A DNA stretch of 64,000 bases from assembly GCA_036336855.1 (NCBI GenBank), contig JAYZFI010000028.1:736-64735 (forward strand), in the 5' to 3' direction. Shown here piece by piece: positions 8,820 to 17,351 of the stretch. Positions within the stretch are counted from its first letter, which is position 1, and each line of letters begins with the position of its first letter. Source of the stretch: Candidatus Latescibacterota bacterium. Its GTDB lineage: Bacteria > Latescibacterota > UBA2968 > UBA8231. The translations under genes were made by a program, and so were the position numbers. The notes beneath the pieces were generated by a model that was not told the origin of the DNA, searched no databases, and worked only from the letters and a program-made list of their open reading frames with translations.

Positions 8820-10019
8820 TCAAGCGGCCGTGCCGTTGGGGCGCACCGCGGCCAGCTCGATCTCGCAGAGCCACTCCGGCCGGCAGACATCGGCGACGAC
8901 GACGCTGTTGAGCATGCCCGGCGGCACGCGGCGGTCCTGGCAGACGGTATTGAAGATCGGAAAGTAAGAGACGTCCTTCAGGTAAGTGATCGCCGACAGG
9001 GTGTCGTCTAGACCGGCACCATGAGCGGCCAGCAGTGCTTCGACGTTGTCGAGCATGCGGTGGCACTGTCCCTCAATGTTGCCCACGTGGACGACGTCGC
9101 CCCGAGTGTCGATGCTCGCGGTACCCGACACGTAGAGCACCGTGCGATCGTCGCGCTCGACCCGTAGCCCCCGCGAGAAGGCCGAGCCGTACTCGGTGGC
9201 TTCGTTAAGGGTGTGGGCGTGCATCGCTTCCACCTTGAGATGCCCGTCGCCCCATACGGCGTACGCATCGGCGGCGCAGCGCCATGCCCACGGGAAGGTG
9301 CCGGCCTGGATCCCGGTGCTGGCCGGAGGACGCTCGATTCCCCAGTCGGCGAAGCAAGCATTGCGGACCTCGTTCAACTCGTCATAGTCCTGCTCTAAGT
9401 CGCGCAGGTATATCCATGTTCGGATAAGTCGGGACAACGGCACTTCGCAGCGGCGCAGAGCGGTGGCCAGGTTCTCGAACAGGCCAGCGCATTGCGACCG
9501 GAAGTCGGCCTCAACTAGATCGCTGCCACCCACAAGGTTCTGCAGGTAGAGCTGCATGTACCCGGACGTGGTGACCAGCTTTCCGGAAGCAGGTGTAGGT
9601 AAGCCGGTGAGGGTGTGCACATGGTGGCCCTCCGCCCGCGAATGTAGCGCAAGAGCCTGAAGTTCGAAGAGGCGGCCCCGATGACAGGGGGGCTGCTGCA
9701 GGTAGGAGGTCGCCGGCAGACATTTATCCTCAGCGCCACCGTAAAATCCGGTGCGGATCTCTTGAGCTGCTCCAAAGTCCCGGTCGATGTCGGCGAAGAA
9801 CAGCTTTTCCCAAACAACATCGCTGGGAGTCAGACCGTGGTTGGATAGCACCTCCGACAAAGCTACGTAGACTGAGCGGACCTGGTCGTCAAATCCAGCG
9901 GCCGTGTCCTGTGGCTGCACACGGCAATGGAGCTCGGCCAAGTCGCCGGCGTCGATCCGAGCGAACTGGATCTCGCTGTGGCAGGTGCCGCCCCGCTCAA
10001 GTCGGAAGGCATCGGGCAT
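8820..10019 (-). CDS. tandem RidA/YjgF-fold protein, possibly chorismatase (FkbO/Hyg5/XanB2)-like
   Basis: The C-terminal RidA-like block is VLYVSGTASIDTRGDVVHVGNIEGQCHRMLDNVEALLAAHGAGLDDTLSAITYLKD. An upstream second RidA-like half reads FRSQCAGLFENLATALRRCEVPLSRLIRTWIYLRD. The ORF track starts at 10079, but the ATG at 10019 (MPDAFRLE...) lies 1 nt after the upstream gene's TGA (10021-10023), so I prefer it. Confidence 0.6.
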   Translation of the reverse strand: MPDAFRLERGGTCHSEIQFARIDAGDLAELHCRVQPQDTAAGFDDQVRSVYVALSEVLSNHGLTPSDVVWEKLFFADIDRDFGAAQEIRTGFYGGAEDKCLPATSYLQQPPCHRGRLFELQALALHSRAEGHHVHTLTGLPTPASGKLVTTSGYMQLYLQNLVGGSDLVEADFRSQCAGLFENLATALRRCEVPLSRLIRTWIYLRDLEQDYDELNEVRNACFADWGIERPPASTGIQAGTFPWAWRCAADAYAVWGDGHLKVEAMHAHTLNEATEYGSAFSRGLRVERDDRTVLYVSGTASIDTRGDVVHVGNIEGQCHRMLDNVEALLAAHGAGLDDTLSAITYLKDVSYFPIFNTVCQDRRVPPGMLNSVVVADVCRPEWLCEIELAAVRPNGTAA

Positions 10020-10020
10020 T

Positions 10021-10317
10021 TCAGTCGGCCTTGACCGGCTGAAATTCGGCTTGAGTGGCAGGACGTTCGATGGCGTCACAGTTTTCGATGGACATCACGT
10101 GCCACGCCATTTTCTGCAACTTGCCTGGACAAGCCTCGCTCTGGACCCACATAACAGGCATGTCGATGTGCATATGAGGCATTTGCCGCAGCCCCGTAGG
10201 GATATTTTTTTCCACTTGGCGTGGTTTTCCATCCTCCTCGTGGCCGAACACTCCCTCGCGCAGGACGTCACCATCATAATCCCGGCACTGTTTCTCGTCG
10301 GTAATCACTCCGCCCAT
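10021..10317 (-). CDS. small hypothetical protein (98 aa), coupled to the RidA-fold gene
   Basis: The ATG at 10317 is preceded by a strong SD (GGAAGGAG, 7-nt spacer). The TTG start at 10374 in the track is less likely. Sequence MGGVITDEKQCRDYDGD...; no recognisable family. Its stop abuts the downstream ATG. Confidence 0.45.
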   Translation of the reverse strand: MGGVITDEKQCRDYDGDVLREGVFGHEEDGKPRQVEKNIPTGLRQMPHMHIDMPVMWVQSEACPGKLQKMAWHVMSIENCDAIERPATQAEFQPVKAD

Positions 10318-10800
10318 TCTCACGCTCCTTCCTTGCCAGCCCCAAGAAACTACCCCAGTTAGTATCGGGTACAACCCGCGCGCAGGGTAGTTTGGATGGA
10401 TCTGTGCGTTCGGAGTTTTCCGAGCGTTATCGGAGCGTTGGAAGAAGAGACGACGTAATCAGAATGGGGTAATCAGTCTCCGTTTGCAGCTCTCGGCCAG
10501 CAGAGGCAGATGCGCGCCGGAACGCTTACAATTTCAGGGGCGTCGGCCTCGCTGGCTCTGAGAATGTGGAGGTGAAGAACCTCTCGATTACAATGCGATG
10601 AGCTCTTAGGCGTCGACGATCTCCCGTTCGGTGAACCCGAGGCCGGTGATAACATGCGCCCCACCAATCGTTGCGACGAGTGCATCAGATGTCACGTGGT
10701 GCGGCCGTGACCGGAACTCAAGTGCCGAGAAGCAGCCCATGGTGGTCTGAGCGCACACATCGCTTGTGCTGGATTTGGGGCCGGTCTAGCTTGGCCGACA

Positions 10801-12741
10801 ATGGCTGACCCATCCTCGGAACAGATCGATGCCGGTCTCCGGAAACTTGGTTTCAACGCCTTTCGCGCCGGCCAGCGCGAGGCCGTCGAGACCCTACTAA
10901 CCGAAGGCCGGCTGCTGCTGGTGGCGCCCACGGGCGGCGGCAAGAGCCTTACCTATCAACTGCCGGCGACCCTGCTTGCCGGCACGAGCGTGGTGGTGTC
11001 GCCGCTAATTTCGCTAATGCACGATCAGGTCATTGCCCTCCAAGAACGCGGGGTGGCCGCCACGTACCTGGCATCGACCCTCGGCTCGGATGAAATTCAG
11101 GTGCGCATGGCGCGCATCTCAGGCGGTGACTACAAGCTGGTCTACGTCGCTCCCGAAAGGCTGGCCCAGGAAGGCTTTCTGCGCATGCTAGGAGCGGTGA
11201 AACAGGTGCCTCTCATCGCCGTCGATGAAGCGCATTGCATCAGCCAGTGGGGCCACGATTTTCGGCCCGAGTACATGCGGATTGGCGACGTTTTGCGCCA
11301 GCACCCAGACGCCAAAGTTCTGGCGTGTACGGCGACAGCGACGCCGGTAGTGCGTGATGAGATCCTCGACAAGCTCGGACTGACACCGGACACTCCTCAG
11401 CGGGTGCAAGGCTTCGCGCGGCCCAACCTCGCCTTCCACGTGCGCGACACGCGAGGGAAGCGCGAAGCTGAAGAGCACGTTGATGAGACGCTTAGGGGGG
11501 CCTTGGGAAAGCCCGACGAGGGACGCGGCACTTCCATCGTGTACGCACCGACACGCAAGCGCACCGAAGAAGAGGCAAGACGTCTATCCGCGGTGGGCTG
11601 GCGGGTGGCAGCCTATCACGCTGCCATAGAGGGGGAGGAGCGCGAGCGCACACAGATCGCCTTCGCCTCGGGCGAGCTCGAGATTGTGGTAGCGACCAAT
11701 GCCTTCGGAATGGGCATCGATCGACCCGACGTGCGCTGCGTTATCCATTTGGCGCCCCCCGACTCCATAGAGGCCTACTATCAGGAGGCGGGCCGTGCCG
11801 GTCGCGACGGCGAAGACGCTGTGTGTCTCATGCTGACCTCGGCTAATGACATGCCCCTGCGCCGGCACCTCATCGAGCGCGACTTCGATGGCCGTCTCCC
11901 CGAGCCGGAAGTGGTGGCCCACAAGTGGTCAATGTTCCTCGAGCTCATGCGCTGGGCAGAGGGTGGCGGTTGCCGCCACGACGCCATTCTGCGCTACTTT
12001 GGCGATGAGGCGGAGGTGCTGTCGGGATGTGGCCGTTGCGACGTCTGTCTTCAGTTCGGCGAGGATAGTGGTAACGATCCCCAGGAGGTAACGACCATCG
12101 TGCGCAAGGCGCTGTGTGGAGTGGCGCGGGTGCAAGGCCGCTTCGGTCTCAACGTGGTGGCGAAACTGCTGTACGGCGGCGGCGACGATCGCCTGCAGTG
12201 GTCGGGCCTGAATGACACCCCCACCTTCGGCACTCTGTCGGACTACGCCGAGGAGTGGATCATCCGGCTGCTACGGCGCTGTGTCACGGCGGGATGGGTG
12301 GATTTCACGGGCGGCGATCGACCGCTGGTGAAGGTGACGGAAGAGGGCCGCGAAGTCATCCACGAACGTCGGCCGGCGCGCCTGTTGCTGCCGCCGACCC
12401 GGTTAGCAACCCCCGTTGGTCGCAGTCGCCGGAGCAGTGAATCGCGAGCGAATCCCGTAGACGAGCTCGACATTGCCGGTCGGCAGCTGTTCGAGGCGCT
12501 CCGCGCTTGGAGGCTAGAGAGGGCCCGTGCTGCCGACGTGCCGCCCTACGTCGTGGCTAGCGACCGTACCCTGCGCGACGTGGCGCTACTCAGGCCGGAC
12601 GATCGTAACGAGCTGACCATGGCCCACGGCATCGGACCGGCCAAGCTCGAAAATTACGGAGAAGAGATCCTCGAAGTCGTAGCCCGGCAGCCGCGCCTCG
12701 AGGATGCGCAAGAATCTCTACGGCAAGGAGCCCCGCAATGA
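10801..12741 (+). CDS. recQ: ATP-dependent DNA helicase RecQ
   Basis: Walker A APTGGGKSLTYQLPA. DEAH box VDEAHCISQWGHDFRPEY. Helicase C motifs ATNAFGMGIDRPDV and QEAGRAGRDG. Zn-binding CRH...CGRCDVC. C-terminal HRDC-like region (LFEALRAWRLERARAADVPPYVVASDRTLRDVA). Confidence 0.92.
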   Translation: MADPSSEQIDAGLRKLGFNAFRAGQREAVETLLTEGRLLLVAPTGGGKSLTYQLPATLLAGTSVVVSPLISLMHDQVIALQERGVAATYLASTLGSDEIQVRMARISGGDYKLVYVAPERLAQEGFLRMLGAVKQVPLIAVDEAHCISQWGHDFRPEYMRIGDVLRQHPDAKVLACTATATPVVRDEILDKLGLTPDTPQRVQGFARPNLAFHVRDTRGKREAEEHVDETLRGALGKPDEGRGTSIVYAPTRKRTEEEARRLSAVGWRVAAYHAAIEGEERERTQIAFASGELEIVVATNAFGMGIDRPDVRCVIHLAPPDSIEAYYQEAGRAGRDGEDAVCLMLTSANDMPLRRHLIERDFDGRLPEPEVVAHKWSMFLELMRWAEGGGCRHDAILRYFGDEAEVLSGCGRCDVCLQFGEDSGNDPQEVTTIVRKALCGVARVQGRFGLNVVAKLLYGGGDDRLQWSGLNDTPTFGTLSDYAEEWIIRLLRRCVTAGWVDFTGGDRPLVKVTEEGREVIHERRPARLLLPPTRLATPVGRSRRSSESRANPVDELDIAGRQLFEALRAWRLERARAADVPPYVVASDRTLRDVALLRPDDRNELTMAHGIGPAKLENYGEEILEVVARQPRLEDAQESLRQGAPQ

Positions 12742-13700
12742 CTGCGTCTTACCCCACGGCACGGGTGGGCATCGCCCGTTCCGACAACCGTCGCACCAAC
12801 GTATACAACGCCCTAGACCGGATTCGCGACGACGTGACCCCGGTTTTGGCCGAGGAAATCCTGCTGAAGCCCAATTTCCTGTCCGCGACCAACCAGCTAG
12901 CCTCCACCCACGCCGACGCGATTCGCGGCGTTATCGACTTCACCATGAGCACGCCGAAGCCACCGCAACGCGTGCTGGTCGCCGAAGGGGGAAACGAAGA
13001 GCGATCCGGTCAGGCCTTTGAGGAATTTGGCTACGAGGCTATCGCCGACGAGTACGACGTACAGGTGGATTGGTTCGATCTCAACCAGGAGACTCGCTGG
13101 GAGACGGAGGAAATCGAGCTCGCTGACGGCACTCCGTACACTGTGCACATCCCGCGCACCGTGCTCGACAGCCCGTGTACGATTTCGGTGGCGGTGGCCA
13201 AGACCCACGACGTCTGCGTCGTTACCTTGGCGCTGAAGAACATGATCATGGGCACGATTCGGAAGGACGACCGGGTGAAGATGCACGGTTTTCGCTCGCA
13301 CGCCGAGCGCGAGCTGCCCACCGAAGCGCGGCGCCTCAATGTGAATCTCATGCGCCTCAGCCAACACCTGAAACCGAACGTGGCTATCGTCGATGGCACC
13401 GAGGGCTTGCAGGGCAACGGCCCAGGGGGCACTGATGTCGTAGATCTCGGGTTCGCCGCCGCCGGCGTCGACGTTTTTGCTGTGGACGCCGTGGTGACCA
13501 AGGCCATGGGCTTCGAGCCTGCCGAGCAGGGGATCCTTCACTACGCGCAGCGTCTCGAAGTGGGGATTGCCGACCTCGAGCGCATCGAGGTGCTCGGAGA
13601 GGATCTCGATGCCGTGATCCGCTCATTTCTGCCCCACGAGAGTACGGATCAGCAGTTAATGTGGCGAGATCCGTCACTGGAATGGCAGCTGCCGAGATAG
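12738..13700 (+). CDS. DUF362-like protein
   Basis: 320 aa. DUF362-like layout: N-terminal VGIARSDN...YNALDRIRDDV...ILLKPNF, later VAVAKTHDVCVVTLALKNMIMG and VAIVDGTEGLQGNGP. Its start overlaps the recQ stop (ATGA 12738-12741). Confidence 0.6.
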   Translation: MTASYPTARVGIARSDNRRTNVYNALDRIRDDVTPVLAEEILLKPNFLSATNQLASTHADAIRGVIDFTMSTPKPPQRVLVAEGGNEERSGQAFEEFGYEAIADEYDVQVDWFDLNQETRWETEEIELADGTPYTVHIPRTVLDSPCTISVAVAKTHDVCVVTLALKNMIMGTIRKDDRVKMHGFRSHAERELPTEARRLNVNLMRLSQHLKPNVAIVDGTEGLQGNGPGGTDVVDLGFAAAGVDVFAVDAVVTKAMGFEPAEQGILHYAQRLEVGIADLERIEVLGEDLDAVIRSFLPHESTDQQLMWRDPSLEWQLPR

Positions 13701-14098
13701 TCCTCGCGATCGGTGGCTCTGGGGATGGAAGTTTCTCTTCCCGTCCAGCTTACCTACCAGTCGGTCAGATCGTCAATGAGCTGTGGGTAGCCAGTGGATA
13801 GACTTGAACGTACTCGGGAGACGCCCCGACCCCACCGACGCGGAGCGTCGTTGACTTCAGTGACTCAACGAGGAGGTGTCCCCACCGTTATAGTGCTCTC
13901 GTTGTGGGTGGTCGGGTCAGTCTGAGGTGAGATCGCCTTCGGTTATTGAGTCCGAGAGCGCGTGGGGGCGATCACGGACAGGACACGGTGGTTAGTCGGG
14001 GAGTGCAAGGATTCCATCGCAGATTTCCCCACTGGAAACTTCTTGTCCGAGTCACTTCCCGACGTAGTTTACCCGTGGATACCCAACGAAAGTGCAAA

Positions 14099-14542
14099 AT
14101 GACCACCATCGTGGCAGTGCTGGCGACCCTAGTAATGAGCGTCGGAGTAGGTGCCGCCCCGGCGACAATTTTCCTCGTGCCCTGTCCCGAAGAGACCGTT
14201 GGCGCTGAGTGCGGCCACTTCGAAGCCCTCGAGAACCGCGAGGTGGGTACAGGGTGCAAGATTTTCCTGAACATCGCCATGCTTCCCGCCCTCGACATCG
14301 ACTGCCGGTCCGACCCACTGTTCATTCTCACCGGAGGTTCCCGACAGGCCGCTACCGAGGCAGCGCCGTTAGCGGAGACTGCCATGCGCCGCATTCGCGA
14401 GTACCGCGACATTGTGCTCGTCGACCAACGCGGCACCGGTGACTCCAATCCGCTCGACTGCGCACCGGTAAACGCGGACTCCGCCTACTACATGCTCGCG
14501 GCGCGACTGTTCGAGCGCGAGCGCATCGTCTTCGGGCGCTGA
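14099..14542 (+). pseudogene. N-terminal fragment of a secreted alpha/beta hydrolase (S33 / tripeptidyl-aminopeptidase-like), apparently truncated
   Basis: Signal-like MTTIVAVLATLVMSVGVGAAPA is followed by FILTGGSRQ and VLVDQRGTGDSNPLDC (the oxyanion-region DQRGTG motif). The ORF stops ~150 aa in, before any GxSxG nucleophile. The track ORF starts at 13946, but that upstream extension looks non-coding. Confidence 0.35.
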
Positions 14543-14560
14543 ACGAGCGAGGCGATCCGC

Positions 14561-15178
14561 GTGCACAGCTCGGTGCTAAGGGGCGAGGACTTTCGGCTGC
14601 AGTGGCGCGGGGTCGCGACACCACACTGCGAGTTCTTCGCAGGTCTACAGCCCACAGATCGCCTAGGGGTGTTCGCCCCCGGCGGCAGCGAGGGCGCGGG
14701 GGCGGCGACGCTGATCCTCGCGTATGTTACAGGCTTCTACGACCGCTATCGCGAGCAGGGCGAAGAGTTCTTTGCCTACCCGGACTACTACTCTTTTCAG
14801 TGCGCCGAAGCGCTGCGGCCGTATTCCATGTTCGACATTTGGCCAGAGCACAAGAACGTGGCGGTAAGCGACGATCCTAAACAGATCTTAGCGGCGATCT
14901 GTGACCGCGCCGTGCAAGTGTTGTTGGTTCCGGACGGAGAGCAGCGGGGATGGGAGATGTCCAGAGAGCTCCGCGCCAGTGTGGAGCGCTTGGTTCGACG
15001 TTGTTGGCTTTACGACGCCAGCGGAAAGGTCAGCGGCGACGCCGACCTGGAGATCGAAACCGCCGCTGAGCCCATCGGCGGATGGATACAGGTCGATTCG
15101 GACGGGGAGTGTTCTGATGATCGATTGCGGCAAACATTCCGCGAAATTCACTTGGAAGAGGCCATTCGCTACCTCTGA
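14561..15178 (+). CDS. hypothetical protein (205 aa), no family recognised
   Basis: GTG-started ORF in the same frame as the preceding fragment, 18 nt after its TGA. Coding-like composition. Acidic C-terminus (DADLEIETAAEPIGGWIQVDSDGECSDD). No GxSxG, so not an obvious continuation of the hydrolase. Confidence 0.45.
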   Translation: MHSSVLRGEDFRLQWRGVATPHCEFFAGLQPTDRLGVFAPGGSEGAGAATLILAYVTGFYDRYREQGEEFFAYPDYYSFQCAEALRPYSMFDIWPEHKNVAVSDDPKQILAAICDRAVQVLLVPDGEQRGWEMSRELRASVERLVRRCWLYDASGKVSGDADLEIETAAEPIGGWIQVDSDGECSDDRLRQTFREIHLEEAIRYL

Positions 15179-15381
15179 GCCTTCCTTCCTCCGGCAACGC
15201 AGCCACCGTGTCCCGGACCCCTCTTGAGCCATCAGCGAAAAAACACCCCGCACTGGAGGGGAGGTGGCGAGCGTGGTGCAAGGGGTGGGTGGTGAATTAT
15301 GTTGTCGACTGCGGCGGCCATAAGGGTTCGCGTCTCTCGCCATCGGCCCCCTATGTCGGTCGCAACGAGAGGAGAAGGGCG

Positions 15382-16200
15382 ATGACGACAAGCAAGGAGC
15401 GCCAGAGCTACGACCGCGAGGGCTACGCCATTTACGACGGCGTCGTCGCCGCCGAGCTAGTGCAGGAAGCCAGAGACCACGTCGTCTGGCTGCTGGAGCG
15501 CAATCCCGAGCTGCGCCCCGAGCATCTGCACCACAACCTGATGACGAACGATCCGTTCTGGGTGCGCTTGGTCGCGGATGACCGCCTCGTCGACATCGCC
15601 GTTGAGTACGTTGGGGACGACGTCGCCCTGTTCGCCTCCCACTACATCTCCAAGCCTCCCAAAGACGGCCGACCCGTGCTTTGGCACCAAGACGGGTCGT
15701 ATTGGCCCTTGGAGCCAATGGAGGTAGTGACCCTGTGGCTGGCCGTGGACGAGTCGAATCTCGACAACGGCTGCATGCGAGTGATTCCCGGCTCACACAC
15801 CATGGATTTGCAGGAACTGCACCGGACTGCCAAGGGCGAGAATGTGCTGGGATCGGCGATGGACGAAAGTGTCGTGGACGAATCGAAGGCAGTCGACCTC
15901 GTTCTCGAGCCTGGAGACGTCTCTGTCCACCATCCTAACATAGTCCACGGCTCTAACCGGAACACCTCGGCTCAGCGCCGCTGTGGCCTGACCATCCGCT
16001 ACATCCCCGCTACCACCCGGATTGTCATCGACACCCCGTCCTGGCCGAGCGCCTTCCTGCTGCGCGGTTCTCCGGTGGAAGGGGTCAACGATTACCATCC
16101 CTGGCCGGAGTACGTGACTGGGGAGAGCATGCCTTTTCGCGGCTGCGAGCACTGGCCCCCTGACTCCATTCCCGCCGTCGGCACCCTGCGTGTGGCCTAG
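15382..16200 (+). CDS. phytanoyl-CoA dioxygenase (PhyH) family Fe(II)/2-oxoglutarate oxygenase
   Basis: H-x-D in LWHQDGSYWPL, then RVIPGSHT, and a distal His in HHPNIVHGSNRN. The start was moved to the ATG at 15382 (MTTSKERQSYDREGYAIYDGVV), preceded by GAGAGGAGAAGGG. The track start is 15208. Confidence 0.75.
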   Translation: MTTSKERQSYDREGYAIYDGVVAAELVQEARDHVVWLLERNPELRPEHLHHNLMTNDPFWVRLVADDRLVDIAVEYVGDDVALFASHYISKPPKDGRPVLWHQDGSYWPLEPMEVVTLWLAVDESNLDNGCMRVIPGSHTMDLQELHRTAKGENVLGSAMDESVVDESKAVDLVLEPGDVSVHHPNIVHGSNRNTSAQRRCGLTIRYIPATTRIVIDTPSWPSAFLLRGSPVEGVNDYHPWPEYVTGESMPFRGCEHWPPDSIPAVGTLRVA

Positions 16201-16283
16201 CCGAGAGCCAAAATGACGGGGTAGGAGGTGACCACGTGGTTGGAAGCCGCTGTAGCACCACGGGTAGGTGGAGGGGGGATTAA

Positions 16284-17351
16284 TCAGATCGCAGCTTGAA
16301 TCCAAGGCTCGGGATTGAGCCCCAGCTCACGGGCGCGCTCACAGATTCGGGCCCAGGTGGTGTCGTCGATGGGGATCCCCTGAGCGCGGCGCTCGCGCTC
16401 ACTCCGGAATTCGGGTTCGCCGGGCAGTTTGATCTCGCCGATACGGGGATCGACCCGACTGCTGAGGACGTGAGCGACAAGGCCTTCCATTTCTCGTTGG
16501 TAATCAGAATAGACGGCGAAGAACGAGGGATCGTAGGCGGTCAGTAGCAGCCCGTTGCTCTGCATGATGCGGTCACCGGCAGCGGTACCTTGACCAGAAA
16601 AAATACCGCCGAAGATCTCCACGATCATGCTCAGGCAGTAGCCCTTGTATGCCACGACACCCCCCAAGGGCAAAATAGCTCCCCCGTCTTCCCCGAGGTA
16701 ATCGGCGGGATCAGTGCTGGGCTCGCCGTCGCGGTCGATAATCCAGCCTTCGGGGAGGTGGTCACCCCGGTTGGAGTAGACCCGCACCTTGCCTTCTGCT
16801 ACTACCGAGGTCGTCATGTCCACGAGGATCGGATCGTGGCCGCTGCGCGGCGCCGCGAAGGCGACGGGGTTGGTGCTGAGCTTTCCGTCGAGGCCGCCGT
16901 AGGGGGCGATCTGCCGGCCCAAGCGGCCGGCGTTGACGAAGGCGAGACCCACCAGGCCTTGGCGCGCCAGCGCTAGTGGGTAGGCGCCGATGCGGCCGAG
17001 ATGGGCGCAATTGCGCAGGCCGATGGAGGCGACGCCAAGCTCGCGCGCCTTGGCGGCGGCCACCTCGACCGCGAAGCGGCCACCGATCTGGCCCATGGTG
17101 CCGCCCCCGTCGATGACGGCGGTGACACCACGCTCCTGCACGACCTTCGGGGTGCCCTGAGGGGCAAAAATACCGTCACGAATTTGTTCCACGTACTCGT
17201 AGAACCGCAGTGTGCCGTGGGAGTCGTGACCGAACAGGCTCGACTCCACTAGGTGCTCGGTGACCGTGTGAGCATCTTCGGCGGAACAGCCGCAGGCGGT
17301 GAATAGGGAGACGCCGACCTCGGTCAGGGTATCCGGGGAGAATCTTGGCAT
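16284..17351 (-). CDS. Ldh_2 family (malate/L-lactate dehydrogenase type 2; ureidoglycolate / pyrroline- or piperideine-2-carboxylate reductase-like) oxidoreductase
   Basis: Family-typical N-terminus (FTACGCSAEDAHTVTEHLVESSLFGHDSHGTLRFYEYV) and later NCAHLGRIGAYP and SVVAEGKV. Its start shares one base with the upstream PhyH stop (TGATG at 17349-17353). Confidence 0.8.
   Translation of the reverse strand: MPRFSPDTLTEVGVSLFTACGCSAEDAHTVTEHLVESSLFGHDSHGTLRFYEYVEQIRDGIFAPQGTPKVVQERGVTAVIDGGGTMGQIGGRFAVEVAAAKARELGVASIGLRNCAHLGRIGAYPLALARQGLVGLAFVNAGRLGRQIAPYGGLDGKLSTNPVAFAAPRSGHDPILVDMTTSVVAEGKVRVYSNRGDHLPEGWIIDRDGEPSTDPADYLGEDGGAILPLGGVVAYKGYCLSMIVEIFGGIFSGQGTAAGDRIMQSNGLLLTAYDPSFFAVYSDYQREMEGLVAHVLSSRVDPRIGEIKLPGEPEFRSERERRAQGIPIDDTTWARICERARELGLNPEPWIQAAI

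Noticed and set aside
10595-10760. Short minus-strand reading ...HVTSDALVATIGGAHVITGLGFTEREIVDA* resembling the C-terminus of a PIN/VapC-type toxin.
   Set aside because: Only ~30 residues show vague similarity. No upstream catalytic acidic residues, antitoxin ORF or start context could be found. This is too weak to report as a gene or remnant.
13946-14098. The 51-codon N-terminal extension of track ORF 13946-14542, and the analogous extensions 15208-15381, 27986-28165 and 47934-48089.
   Set aside because: The extensions are Arg/Ser/Pro-rich and have no family similarity. Internal starts with SD-like sequences give canonical N-termini (signal peptide, Rossmann strand, family start blocks). 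Two of the extensions would overlap neighbouring genes.
14540-14542. In-frame TGA between the hydrolase fragment and the 205-aa ORF as a possible selenocysteine codon.
   Set aside because: There is no obvious SECIS-like hairpin directly downstream. The flanking sequences belong to apparently unrelated proteins, and no redox Cys/Sec motif context is present. Truncation or rearrangement is the simpler explanation.
14888-15796. 302-aa minus-strand ORF spanning two plus-strand genes. Similar long shadow ORFs lie at 18300-19115, 19435-20112, 41310-42104, 45599-46237 and 123-530.
   Set aside because: They are extremely Arg/Pro/Ala/Ser-rich and low in complexity. They lie antisense to ORFs with clear family motifs (PhyH, GAPDH, FGE, HrpB, SMP-30). 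This is the expected stop-poor shadow frame of high-GC coding DNA.
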